Shown here: piece after piece, positions 14,086 through 27,430 of the stretch | Numbering within the stretch: the stretch's first letter is position 1 | Layout: each line of letters starts with the position of its first letter | NCBI RefSeq assembly: GCF_006345805.1 | Contig: NC_043002.1 | Location: 103,106,001 to 103,170,000 of the forward strand | Reading direction: 5' to 3' | Source: Octopus sinensis | Taxonomy: Eukaryota | Length of the DNA: 64,000 bases | Made by a program: the position numbers and the translations under genes | The notes under the pieces: model-generated | Told to the model about the DNA's origin: nothing | The model's database searches: none | Seen by the model: only the letters and a program-made list of their open reading frames with translations

Positions 14086-14540
14086 TGTTATATTAGGAAT
14101 GGTCATATTGCCAGTTTAGCCAATAAAAACACACGCACTATATATTTGGTGTTATTTTGCTTCAGTGATATTTATTTCTTACATTAATCTTAATCTTATT
14201 TCGGCCAAAGTTCTTTCGTCACACTCCTTTGACCGCATCAGTGGTCTTTTGTTTTCTTCTCACTTACTTGTGTCTCTCCTTACTAACCGTCAGCCATTTT
14301 GTATTTCTATTGTATGTCTTCATTTGCGCATGCTTATATCTCTATGTGCGTCTATATTTATTTAGTGTGTGTGTGGGGGGGATGCCTGTAATATTTGTAT
14401 CTTCTGGTTATATACATTCTTGTAATTTGGCCGAAATAAGATTAAGATTAATGTAAGAAATAAATATCACTGAAGCAAAATAACACCAAATATATAGTGC
14501 GTGTGTTTTTATTGGCTAAACTGGCAAATATAACAATATC
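14082..14540. mobile_element. Head-to-head inverted element (probable Penelope-type pseudo-LTR) with perfect 102-bp arms
   Basis: 14108-14209 is the exact reverse complement of 14426-14527. A hammerhead-like core lies on the minus strand at 14205-14244. Confidence 0.7.
14205..14244 (-). ncRNA. Minimal hammerhead-like ribozyme motif (variant, position 9 = C)
   Basis: Minus strand: CCA-CTGATGC-G-GTCA-aaggagtg-TGAC-GAAA-G-aa-C-T-T-TGG. Stems I, II and III all pair. Confidence 0.5.
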
Positions 14541-14592
14541 TGTTTCAACACACGACTTCACAAAAAAAATCTTGCACAACAAATATTTAAAC

Positions 14593-14626
<34 letters not shown>

Positions 14627-15679
14627 CCAGTTCAGCAGTAGATTCCATGCGATCGACTTACCCCTTCACACGTATTTGCTGGCCTTGTACCAAAATTTAA
14701 AACCAATATTTCAAATCTACAGAAATATTTAACATGACCCAGATGCGTGAAAGAAAAAATAAAAAAAAATACAAATAATACAAAAATATTGTCTAAGAGA
14801 GAGGAGTCGGAAAACGGTAGAAAGATATTTGAAGAGATATTGAGTGCATTATGAAGAGGACAGTTGAAAGAAATATAACAAAGAAGATTGCGGTATGCAC
14901 CGAAGCAAGAATGGAATATGGCTGCAAATATATACGATCTTGAAAAGCAAGGCTGCAGCCAGAAAACAAGGTGACTTAGTGCAACAGAAACGTAGAAATT
15001 GGCACAACAAATAGCACCAAATGTATAACGTACCCATATTTGTTCTCTATTCACAAGAAGTCATGGCTCAGATATTATTCTGTAGCATGTGGACAGAATG
15101 AAGCCTTGCCTGTTAATATTTTTATATTTATTATACACACACATAGACACATATACACTCAGACGCATACACTCATTCACAGATTTTATATATGACTGTG
15201 TGAGTGTGGTATGTATATAGGGATATTTGCGGTTTGAGTCACAGCATGTCGAAATCTTTATAAAAAATGTGTTTTAATGTAGCACATAGGTGTAATTCAC
15301 GACCTTGAATCCGAATTAGTTATTAATTTATTCCACAAAAATTTTGCGAAAATGATACAGGAGTTGCAAATTTGATCATTTTAAGATTTTTCTGGCCGTC
15401 AGAAAACATGGCGTTCGCTGCGTTATTCATCATCTGTCATAGTAGCGAGAAGTTGGCGTAGGCATGTCAAAACATTATAGATAACGGTGAAAGACATTAA
15501 AACATAAACGCGAGCAAATTAATTATTTAAAACCTTCGAGCAAACAAACTGCAGTTGCTAGAAATAACAGTCAAAACATTGCTTAAACAGACATTTATTA
15601 CTTAAAAAGTTCATGACCGAAAATTTTCAATATACTCGAGGATCTTATAAAATCGACTATTTTTCGCAATGATACGAGT

Positions 15680-16480
15680 CAAGCATGGAACGGTGTGTCC
15701 CACATTGGCGTTTGTATCCACGCTTTAAAGACGCCCATGTACTGAAAGGAGAGAGGGGAGCAAGTGGTGTGTGGGAGAGTTGGAGTAACGGAAGGGTGGG
15801 AATGAAGTTGCAGGGGAGTGGATCGAGGAGGATGGGGAGTGTATTGTGGTATCAGGTGGGACGGGATGAATTTCATGGAAAATCGGATGCGAGCGAAAAG
15901 GTCAAGGAAAATTTGCTTTACATGGAGGATGAAGAGTAAGGTGGAATGTGCGAAAATGCTCGAGTAAGCGAAAGGTAAAAGGCGTCTAGGGTGTGCACTG
16001 TGGAGAGATTAGAACGAACGGTGGTAGGCATTACGCGGTAGGGAATTGTGGCAGAGACAGAATGGAAGTAGGATGGAAATGGAGGAGGGGACCTTTGGAG
16101 ATGAGGTAGTGGTGAGGTCAGCTACGGAGAAAGAAACGAGATTACAGAGGCGTGTTTTTTGAAAAATAATTTGAGAAAGATTAAAGGAAGATTGAAAGCA
16201 GCAGAAAGAAAGTGTAGTAAGGTGCTTTTTTTTCAGGCTGTGGTAAACGAGGAAGGATTTATAATTAGGCATGCAGGAAAGAAAAAAAATCACCACTTGA
16301 GCATATAATATATAGTTCAAATTTATGAAACAAACGAAACACTAAGGCAGGTGTAAGAACATTAAGCAGGTATATCAGTTTAACGCTCGAGGAAAATGAA
16401 AAACTTTACTATATTCTGAGCGTACGCTCTTCGATAGAAAGGAATAAACGGAAAAAATGGAGAGAGAACGGAAAAAAATG
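15680..16480 (-). mobile_element. Decayed Penelope-like element: pseudo-LTR (about 16340-16480) followed by the ORF 5' region
   Basis: The pseudo-LTR is homologous to 1085-1240 (GAAGAGCGTA.GCTC..., GAGCGTTA.ACT.ATA...ACACC). The downstream frameshifted HYLISKGPLLHFHP resembles the PLE N-terminal LIPKGF.LHF motif. Confidence 0.5.
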
Positions 16481-17339
16481 AAGAGTTCAGTTATATGTTA
16501 TTCTTAAAATAACTAGATGTCAACTACAGTATTTACTGGAATATCGTAGCAAAGTGTAACCCTTATACCAACGGTAGTGGCAAGTGCGGTCTTTATAACA
16601 TGGAAAGATGGCTCATCAGGAAAAGTTCCTTAGTCACCGCTACATGTTTAAATCCAAGACCTGACCTCTTTGGTCCATGTCCATATGACACAATATACCT
16701 GTTACAGTTTGGCCCCTGCCTCCAAGATCAAGGCTAGAATCCACACTTGTATTATGCTCCTGTATAAACCTTCCCATACGTTTTAACTCCCATAAATTTT
16801 TAATTTTTAGTTTACATTGCTGTATCTCCAAAAGGAATTGGTTCGAGTATGGTGTCATCTCTTAACAGTTGGTTAATTGAGTTCAACCTGACTCTGGCAA
16901 ATACCCATCATTACAGGAGAAATATATTCGTCTTTGCATCATAGAAATGCATATATTTCATACATCCAGTCTTCCGTAGACTTTAGACTTAAGGGTAGAC
17001 TTAGACAATCTATGGTCGATGTATGCTTATCAAAACGTTTAAGACTTTATCTTCCATCATTCTGCCGTACACACGTGAATAACTCTCTAACACCTAATCG
17101 ATGACAATATAATTACAAAGAAAATATAGACCTCTTTACGTACATCACTTTGTGACAATGAAGGCCTCAGGTGAAGATACATAAGTGATTAATTAACACA
17201 TTATCAGCATTTTCTAAGCATCGCATTTAAAAAGATGCTTATATAATCAGCATACAACTTACCGAAGCATTACATTATTTTGTGAGCAATAGAACACTGT
17301 TTGATAGATTAGGCCGAGCAATTATTTTCATGTAACACG

Positions 17340-17455
17340 CAAATGAATGTGTATATAACGTGTATATATATATATATATGTGTGTGTCTGTGTGTGTATG
17401 TATATATATGTACATATATATACATGCACATATATATATATATATATTTATATAA

Positions 17456-17498
<43 letters not shown>

Positions 17499-17725
17499 TG
17501 CATATATATAAACACACACAGCTGCACGCGCACATACGTACGCACGCACACACACACACCACACACACACACCACACACACACACACACACATACATGCA
17601 TATATATATATATTATATATATATATATATATTATATAATCACACACTTACACACACTTACAAAAACACGCGCACATACACGCACACACACACACACCAC
17701 ACACACACACACACACAACACACAC

Positions 17726-17774
<49 letters not shown>

Positions 17775-17775
17775 A
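17340..17775. repeat. Compound (TA)/(CA) microsatellite with internal block duplication
   Basis: CACGCGCACATAC and CACACCACACAC recur in the same order. Confidence 0.85.
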
Positions 17776-19179
17776 GAGAGAGTTCTATGTTTTATGAATG
17801 AGAGAGTCATTGCATTATGAATATTAACAAGTTTGCTGTAACGCATGCAACATTTGCTAGATTCGTCTTCAATTATACACCTCTATCAATTACGTTAAAT
17901 TTTATATTTTACATATAGATTTCAGTAAATACACAAATACGTTTTTCAAAACTCGTCGAACGCAATGCCTTGGGTGTTTTGTTTGAACTAAGTTTGTGAA
18001 ATAAAATAAATGGAGAGTAGATCTTTACGATCTACAAATTATAAAAGATTTCATAAATTATTGAAGTAACGAAGAAATATACTTCAGAATAGTCAATAAA
18101 TAAGAAAATATGAGAAGTTTAAACTATCCAGGTTAACAGTTATTTCAACTTGTTTTTCGTAAAGAAATGTAGAATATGCTGAGTGTTTTGCATTTGGAAT
18201 TTTAAATCGAAAATTATTATTATTTTCTTTTTCACACTGTAGATATATCATATGTATAAGTATCATTAACGATATATCATATATATTTATATTGATTTAT
18301 GTTTTCTTATAGTTGTTCGATGTTTCTATTTGAAATGAAAAAGCCGAGAGTAAGATATGTTGCTATGAAAAAAATATTTAGTAAATAAAAATGTTGTGCA
18401 TGTGATAACATATTAAAATGTTTAGAAGCTATATGCAGATACCAACGTTTCAGTTTTATAACAATTTGTTTGACTTCTTGGAAATGTCAAACAATCTTGC
18501 AATTTTAAGATTTGTGCAAAAAAAATATATATTTATATATATATATACATGTAGAAATGAAAAAAAATTAAACACCTAATAACAACAAAAAACTAACAAC
18601 ACAAAAAATACAAGATGTTAATTTTCAAACTGGAAGGTGAATTCAGTTGAAGAATTACATGGCAAAAGTTTGTAACATTCTTTGCTTAACCTCATTAGCA
18701 TTCAGTAAGAGAGATTTGAAAATCCCAGTGTCGTATAGATGAAACATTACCGATATGACGCAGAAGAGTGTATTAGATAAGCTGACATCGAAAACGGGTT
18801 TTGTATGTCTTTATTTTCACCATTCATTACTCGCATCACAGAAGATTTTTCTTTCAAATTTTAAATTATTTGTTTCTATTAGAAAAATTGTTAAAATCAT
18901 TTCCATAAACTAAAATTAGAAATATATTCAGAAGTATATTTAGAAAAAAAATATTTCGTAACGCTGAATAAAATATTATTTGTATAATTATTGTTTTATA
19001 AGTTACCCTAGTAGTAGTATTGTATGATTTTCAAAATATATTGTTACATGGGTAGTTGGACATGAATTAGCCCTTTTCAGTCTTAAGATTGCTTGTAACA
19101 TAAAGACATGAAGAGACGCGCTAATCTTAGAGGCCAGCGAAATTGCCTGTCAATAGAACCAAATCAAAATATTTAACTT

Positions 19180-19251
<72 letters not shown>

Positions 19252-20124
19252 CTAAAATTACTAAGTCTCTATAAAAGAGATTACGGCAGCGTTACTGGAA
19301 ATTAATTGTTATCGCCATATTAATATGGCATTCTTATAGATATAAGAATAATCGCTGCCGCTGGTCAGCTCCATGAGGCCACCGCCATCAAGATAGCTAT
19401 TGATACACGGTCTGTATCCATTATAACCTTCGAACAAGGGAGGTCAGCCGCTTCACACTGCCAGTCCGACAGCTACATATTACAGACTGAATATCATGAA
19501 TATTTACACGTTTTCTGTAGATTTGTCAGATTTTTTATCTATTCTTCGCGATCGAATGTTGCTTTTGGTTTTGTGAATTGCAGCTTCTCCAGATTGGTAC
19601 CAGAATAGTTACGTATCCATCTTCCCCAATGAATATTCGGAGAAATGTAAATTTTTATTGCTGATGATATGCAAAATGTTGTCTTATTAGTCCTTCAAAT
19701 GTTTTCCCTTTTTCACTAAAATGTTTCTATTGTTGACATCTGTAGGGAGATTGATTTCAACTAGTTTGCCTCGTTTTTCTTTTTGCACATCATTATATTT
19801 CGTCTGCAACGCTAGCGACTTTATTGTCGCATTTCTCCTGTGCCTTTTCGAATTTTAAGTGGCTTTCTTCCCCCAATCTTCTTAACCACAGCATTGGACA
19901 ACTTTAAACGGAGTTCTAAGCACATGGTATCTGATAGCTGACAGTTATAAATGATCAGTGTTAACTCGGCAACATACATGTGTGTGTATGTGTGTGTGTT
20001 TGTTTGTGTGTATGTGTGTGTGTGTGTGTGTGTGTGTTTGTGAGTGAGTGTGCATAGGTGTTTGTGTGTGTGTGCGCGCGTCAACAGTTATATATGTACG
20101 TATATATATATATATATACATATA

Positions 20125-20430
20125 TCACGTGATCACGTGACCGACCAGACCATCAGATGTTGTTACACATCGCTGGTCACAATGCGTTCGCATTGTTTTA
20201 GCCTTCGAATGACGCCACCCCGCTGGCTAAGCGAGCAGGCCATCAGAAGAAAGAGTGAGAGAAAGAGTGGTGAAAGAGTACAGCAGGGATCACCCCCCGC
20301 TGCCGGAGCCTCGTGGAGCTTATAGGTGTTTTCGCTCAATAAACACTCACAACGCCCGGTCTGGGAATCGAAACCGCGATCCTGCGACCGCGAGTCCGCT
20401 GCCCTAACCACTAGGCCATTGCGCCTCCAC
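20125..20430 (-). mobile_element. tRNA-derived SINE, family R, tail type 2
   Basis: Minus-strand head GTGGAGGCGCAATGGCCTAGTGGTTAGG...GGTTTCGATTCC (A and B boxes). Tail ends in (CACGTGAT)n. Flanked by (TA)n on both sides. Confidence 0.85.
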
Positions 20431-20433
20431 ATA

Positions 20434-20538
<105 letters not shown>

Positions 20539-20597
20539 TATATATATATATATATATATATCTATATATTTATATATATATTATATATATATTATAA

Positions 20598-20646
<49 letters not shown>

Positions 20647-21234
20647 ATATATATATATGTCCTGTGTAGGAATTTAAAGTACATTCGGTGTAGTGGAACC
20701 CTGGTACAGACGATCTAGAGCTATGAGATATGTGGAACAAGCACTTAGCTATTATTGCTCCCAGCTTTAATCTCACCCGGAGTAAGAAGCACGTGTTATG
20801 GTGCCAGTTATGTTTTATTCAGTAACTGGAAGAGAAGGACTCTATTTCTCGTTAGAAATGAATTCTAGAAGGTAACATTGCACACAAAAAAAGATAAAGA
20901 ACGGAAGGGAATTTAGTTTCTAATCTCCTGCTCCACCGCTTTTGTAGTTAGTTGTACTGAAAATTGGGTTCAATGTTCTGCAGTGCTTTACCCACACGAA
21001 ACAAATTCCCCGCAAAGGAAATTGTTGTGACTCTTGGAACCTTTGCCCGACCTTACTGATTTTCTGAAACGATCTTACTTGCTCGCAAATTGATTTCCAC
21101 TGCGTGTACGTACACACTAGTATAAACCCTGATATGTTCTCTCCGTAATCACCTTCACTGCTAATCCTCCCGTTCTAGCGACACACCGATTACCGACTTC
21201 ATTTCAAGGGACAACAGTATTACTATCCAATGTG

Positions 21235-21425
21235 AAGTCGTCGAGCTAGTAGGATAGTTTGCACGCCGGGCTAACGACAGTTTCACCGGTTTTTACGTTC
21301 TGTGCCTTTCATCCTTTCGAGGTCATCAAGAGAAGTACGAGTTGAGAACTGAGGCCGATGTAATCGACTTTCGCCCCCCCCACCTCCGAATTTGCTGGTT
21401 GTGTACCAAAATTTTATAACAATAT
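21235..21425 (+). mobile_element. Old diverged SINE, family M-related
   Basis: Retains GCACGCCGGGC, GCCTTTCATCCTTTCGAGGTC and GATGTAATCGACT. Confidence 0.55.
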
Positions 21426-21683
21426 TAGCATATAAGGGAATCATTGATAGGGTAGAGCTAAATGATTGAACGCATATATTGAGTATTGTTTCCCATGGTT
21501 GCTATCCAAAGAATAAATAACATATACAATAACGCACACACAGAAACTGGGGAAGAAAAAGAGTGAAATGCGAAAGGATAAAAATGAAAAATAATCATGG
21601 ATTGTTTTAGTGCACACAAACACACACACGTACACACACTCTCTCTATCTCTCTCTCCCTCTCTGATATAATATATACATACC

Positions 21684-21723
<40 letters not shown>

Positions 21724-22231
21724 TCTATAGCCAAACATTTATATTTTGTTTATTGTAAGGTATTATCTATGAAAAGGGAATGCTGTTGCCAATCGAGATA
21801 AAAAAAGTAATGCGTTATGTATTCAACTGCAGGAAAAACCTGAAGGAACAAATATGTAGAGATCACGGTAATGTCATTTTAGCAGGAAAAAAATAATATT
21901 AGTATTTTTTTTTACTTCTAAGATAAATTGTATGTGTAAATTCTGAAGGTATACTTTCTATGGACAAAAATGGAAAAGAATCATGATTTGTTTTAGTGCA
22001 CAACCATTCTCTCTCTTTCACTTTCACTTTCTCTCTCTATATATATATATCTTTCTCTCTATCTCTTCTTCTCTCTCTTTATCTCTCTGTTTCATTCGTC
22101 TTCAGTTTTGGAAAAAAACCTGATCTAAGTAACAAATACAAAATGATAGAAAGACACATATGTATGTGTATTTGCGTGTGTGTGTGCTAATTCATATATA
22201 CGTGTGTCTGTATAAGCATACAACCACACAG

Positions 22232-22279
<48 letters not shown>

Positions 22280-22306
22280 CATACACACATGTATATATAT
22301 ATATAT

Positions 22307-22356
<50 letters not shown>

Positions 22357-23279
22357 TCACTGAATGGTTTTTGTGTCTTTAATTCAAACATAGATAAACA
22401 CAGAATCACGCACGCTCACTTTCTTACATTTATACGTCCTCATATCCTCTTGCAGAGTGCTCTCACCATAAAGAAAAATGAAAGAATCTTTCCTTTAGCA
22501 CACAGTCACATCTCACTTCTATATGCTGTGTAAAAAGTGGGTCCTGGTACCTAGCAAATAAACCCTCGTAAATATCTTAATGGAACAAAACGATTTCAAG
22601 TGAGAAGGTACTTCCATAAATGACATTAATGAACTTGAGAAAAAGAAATTTCAGTCAACGAAATTTCTATACAAATCTACATTCGAAAGAGCGTCCTGTG
22701 CCGAAATGACTAGTATAAAGCTCGTAAAAATCACTCTAGACTATTTAAATATAGCACATGTATTCCTTGAAATGCAAAAGAATTTTCAACACTACATCGC
22801 TATCATGAAATACGAATGGCGTATTAATATGTATACACACATTCTGTAGTAGTTATGATATTAATCTTAATGATAGGCAAACGTTTATCAGACAGTAAAT
22901 GTATGCATTGCAAATATTAAAAAGGTACCATATTAAACATAAAACGGTATTATATTTACAATATAGAATACATAGGATCACGAGAAAAATATTTAAATTG
23001 ATTTAAACTACAACTGGGATGTGATATCATATTTGAATATATTCAACAATTCATATATACCCGATTGAGGAATGCCGTGCAGATCACAGACTGAGCTGAT
23101 GACCTTAGTTTTGCCGTTGATATTGTCTTCATCATCTGAAATATTTAAAACTTACGATGACTTGCATCAGGAGTAGATCGTAATGAGGGAAATCTTGGTT
23201 TGAGAACGAGTAGTGTCACTAGGAACGATGGTAGTATTGTGACTGATAACAATCATGGAATTGGCAAAGCTGTTCTAGA

Positions 23280-23735
23280 GAATACAAATATCTGGTCCTT
23301 AATCTCCATCACATAAAAATACAGGTCTATGAAAATACAGGTTACCGTAAAAATAATTAGAAATCAGGATGATTCCCGTCAAAAAATGTTCGAGAACTAT
23401 TGAGAAAAATTGCCCTTAAGACCACGTAACCTATGAAGACATTCCCAATGTGGCCAACGCAGGACCACATAAAGAAATCGTTATAAAAGAATGCTAAAAA
23501 AAACCAGGTCGTATAGTTTGGTTACCTGAACAATGCCATTCAACAACAACTTCTAAATGGACATTACCAGAGGAGGAAAAAAAACGGGAAAGCCGAAAAT
23601 TAGGTGTACAGAACATTCATAACTGACATTAAAAGGGCCAATATCGCATGGGCAGATATAGTGATAACCAGCACTACAAACAGAAGCCAAGAGGGGTCAG
23701 ACTGCTTACAAGAGGGGTTAGCCTGCTATTCAAGA
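23280..23735 (+). mobile_element. RTE-type LINE 3' end fragment, decayed
   Basis: Frameshifted KDHVTYE, KWTLPEEEKK and RTFITDIKRANIAWADI resemble the RTE C-terminal W.D.VTNE / W.P..KR.RGRPK.TW.R...D motifs. Confidence 0.5.
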
Positions 23736-24771
23736 GAAGAGGCGGAACTGATATATGTGTGTGTATGTGTGTGTATGACTTTTAGACATGTATGTATGAC
23801 GTATATACATCAATTTATTAGAACATAATATAATTCTGAATATTATTAAACTCAATTTTACCTACAATTGTTTCTCTACCCAATTAAATCAATTTGAGAA
23901 ATTGAATTAAATTAGATTAAATTTCCATATCGAATATCCTCAATTGGGTATTTCATCAGGGGAAGAATTTGATAAAAAAGGAGATACATTCCGACGTGTT
24001 GTTCAACTCTTGATAGACTAAGATATGTGCGTTTCAGCAACCAATGTGGTTAAAAAACGTTTCTTATTTATATATAATGAATTTGTGCGCGTGCGTGTGT
24101 AATGAATTGACAAAAACAAAAACAAAATATCCATCAGTTAGCTTAAACGATATTTCGGAAGAACTACTTTAAACTAAAAGCTAAAAAACATTATTCCTAA
24201 ATGACAATATTACTTGAATAGATCGCAATGTCATTAAAGCATTTACTCATTTGAGAAATTTAATCATAAATCACCCAGTTGCAATCTAGAAATTATAGTT
24301 AAATAATAAATTATCATAATTCTATATATATTGAACCACAGTTGCGTATATGAAATATTTTCATTACGTAATTGTGCCTATGTGTTTGTTAATGTGTTGA
24401 AAGGTTCTAGACAATGACGAATCAAAAATGTTTCCTAATTACCATAGCCGACATCCCTTTAAGAGCATTTGTATCTTTGATTTAGTTATATATACATTTA
24501 ATTAGTAATAATATACATATGTATATAATTATATTAAGGGTGCATGGGCGAGAACGTCCACCAGCATCCTTGAAGTGTGGATGCCTTCAAAAATCTACAA
24601 AATATCTCTAGATAAATATATATATGCCTGAAAGCTGGGTAGTGAAATATTATTTAAAAGCCCTCACGACAATTGTGAATTGGTTCCAATTTTGGGATTA
24701 CAGCCAAAAATACATTCTTCCTTCGTCAATACAATACACGGGGAAATATAAATCCAATTCAGAACTAAAGT

Positions 24772-24994
24772 GAGGTGTGAAAAATCTGGCCCTTTGTAAC
24801 AGAAACAGGCAGAAAGTGTGAGAGAAAGTTGTGGTGAAAGAATACAACAGGTTCGCACCACACCTTGCCTGAACCTCGTGGAGATTTAGGTGTTTTCGCT
24901 CAATAAACACTCACAGCGCCCGGTCTTGGAATCGAAACCGCTATCTCACACCCGCGAGACGGCTGCCCTAAACACTAAGCCATTGCGCCTCCAC
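24772..24994 (-). mobile_element. tRNA-derived SINE, family R, 3'-truncated and diverged
   Basis: Same head and body as 20125-20430 and 32174-32558. Confidence 0.8.
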
Positions 24995-25387
24995 TTATAT
25001 GACATCTAAGCTATCTTATGATAAACATACTGTAAAAATGGTTTACTAATTATTTTGTGTTCGAAATGCTCGAATATCTTCAATAAACAAAGACGGGCTA
25101 CTGTTTAACTGCGTTATGGTTCTGAAAATAAGTTCTAAAATATTGATTAGGGTAATAATTAATAAAGGTAATAATAATGGTTGATAAATGAAATTTGGTC
25201 AATTCCATCAGATAATGGTTCTAGAATGAAATGGCACTGGAACGGTTTATCAAGATTTAAGATATGATTCAGAAAAAAGAAAACACATTAGATAACGATG
25301 TGCTATTACTCTAAAAAAATCAGATATTTTAACTAAAATTCTAATTAATATTTTTTAGAAAGAAAACAGATATGTAATATTGTTATA

Positions 25388-25545
25388 ATCAATCTTCTTC
25401 TTCTTCTTCTTCTTCATCTTCTTCTTCTTCTTCTTCTTCTTCTTCTTCTTCTTCTTCTTCTTCTTCTTCTTCTTCTTCTTCTTCTACCATCACCACCACC
25501 ACCACTACTATTACTACTACCACCACCACCACTATCACTACTACA
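25388..25545. repeat. (CTT)n followed by (ACC)/(ACT)n trinucleotide repeat
   Basis: Read directly from the sequence; it explains the poly-E and poly-R ORFs. Confidence 0.95.
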
Positions 25546-25849
25546 TGAACTCCACCTTTTTCTCTTCCCACTTTGTTGTCTCTTCTCGTATGCTTCTCTA
25601 GTTGTTCTCATCGTTATTGCTTTACATCTGTTTCGAATTCTCCAGCGATGTCAACCTTCCACACATAATTTTCCGAATCTGTTGTCTTCCTCATCATTGT
25701 ACTTGTTCTTTTACCTATTCTTTTTCCTTTTCTTCTTTTTTTTACCACAACGACACAGATCCATGTGCAGAAGTGACGTTAGGAATATACGGAAGAGTGA
25801 TCAAAGAAGTCTTCACGAAGCAGAAGCATGGTTCAAAGACTCGACTTGG

Positions 25850-26010
25850 TTCTTCGTCGGTTACGACGATGCGTATTATAATTGATCCGAACCACCGAAT
25901 GGAATTAATGCTCAAGTGAAATTAAGTTACAAGTGGCTGAGCACACTTCAAGCACGGATGCCCTTGGAATAATTTGCAGGGAGACTCGGCGTAACACAGA
26001 TTGCAAATAA
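25850..26010 (-). mobile_element. Orphan old copy of the family R tail type 1
   Basis: CGTCGGTTACGACGATG...GATCCGAA...GTGAAATTAA...AAGTGGCTGAGCAC matches 32185-32280. Confidence 0.65.
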
Positions 26011-26386
26011 ACTGATCATTTGGACAACACTTTTAAAACTTAACTTGTCAATCATAAGGCCTAGAAACGCGCTAGAATTTTTCTTTGTAGATGTGAAAAC
26101 AAAATGATTAAGATTAATAATACCGAAAGCTCTGTTGTTATATTTGCAGGATTAAATCTTAGCCTTGTGCTGCATGTACACAAGAACTGGTATGACTGTT
26201 TAAAACAAAACAGAGGAAAATAACAAAGAGAGAAAGTGATGCAAGAAAACCAATACAAATGCAACTCTCAGTTGCTAGAGTACTCACAGTCAAAACTCCA
26301 AGGATGGCAAAAGAAAAGTCTTTACAGCATGTGCGAGGAAAACATGAGTAAGAAAGCTTGTCACCTGACAAAATTGACTTTGAATG

Positions 26387-26520
26387 GTATAAGCCATTTT
26401 GGAAACACACAAAAACCGTTAGATTCACTTCAACATTTAAATTTAATTTGTCAAAATATTTCCGTGCTGCAGCACGGAATTTTGTCAGTGAACAGGGGTC
26501 GCGGTCTCATGCTCGATGTT
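26387..26520. mobile_element. Rearranged termini of a TGCA-ended MITE-like family (homologous to 58106-58243)
   Basis: 26387-26463 matches 58121-58196 in the same orientation. 26468-26520 matches 58196-58243 in reverse. Confidence 0.6.
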
Positions 26521-27043
26521 AGGGGTGATGTAGTTGCAGAAATTGTCTGACAGCCATATATTCGGTTCCTTTAATTGTGTGACATGGTGAAGAATCCTGT
26601 TGCCAAACATAAAGTCTTCTGGCAGCACCATCTTGACCCAGGGAAACGCTATCTTCTCCAGGAACATTATTTAGGCCTCTGTGTTGAGTCTGAGGCCGTG
26701 TGGGAAGATGAATGGAGGCATAACGTCGCCATCATTTGCAATCACTCCAAACACCATGATATTGACTGGATGTTTGATATTTATCACTCTCAGGACATGT
26801 CCATGGTTTGATAGTTAAGCACTCTGAAGTTTCCGTTTTGGAGCTTCCGGTGCGGATGCCAGGCTGTACAGTATGTCGTTTCCCAATTTCTAGTAGAATG
26901 AATTGAATCATGGTGCTGTTCTTCTCAAATGGTGCCCAGCTGACCCTACTATGCTGTGTAGTCGATTATTTCGAAAATAATCAATGCACATACACGAACT
27001 ATTTATAAGTACAATATGGCGACAATTTACCCATCGCATCCAG
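26510..27043 (-). mobile_element. Tc1/mariner maT (DD37D-like) transposon relic, internally deleted
   Basis: Minus strand: KHPVNIMVFGVIANDGDVMPPFIFPHGLRLNTEA*IMFLEKIAFPWVK...WLSDNFCNYITPNI. A putative 5' terminus CTGGATGCGATGGGTAAATTGTCGCC abuts a TA tract at 27044. Confidence 0.8.
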
Positions 27044-27051
27044 TATATATA

Positions 27052-27095
<44 letters not shown>

Positions 27096-27151
27096 GTATA
27101 TATATATATTGTATATATATATATAGATATATATATATATATGTGTGTGTG

Positions 27152-27214
<63 letters not shown>

Positions 27215-27233
27215 GTATATATATATATATGTA

Positions 27234-27300
<67 letters not shown>

Positions 27301-27302
27301 TG

Positions 27303-27401
<99 letters not shown>

Positions 27402-27430
27402 TATATGTAATATATATATATATATATACA
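27044..27430. repeat. Long interrupted (TA)n microsatellite
   Basis: Read directly from the sequence. Confidence 0.95.

Noticed and set aside
16540-16960. Decayed exon or pseudogene on the minus strand
   Set aside because: Stops occur in all frames, the peptides are unrecognisable, and there are no consistent splice sites.
26230-26390. piggyBac cysteine-rich C-terminal domain
   Set aside because: Cys/His spacing is incomplete and there are no TTAA-flanked CCC/GGG ends.
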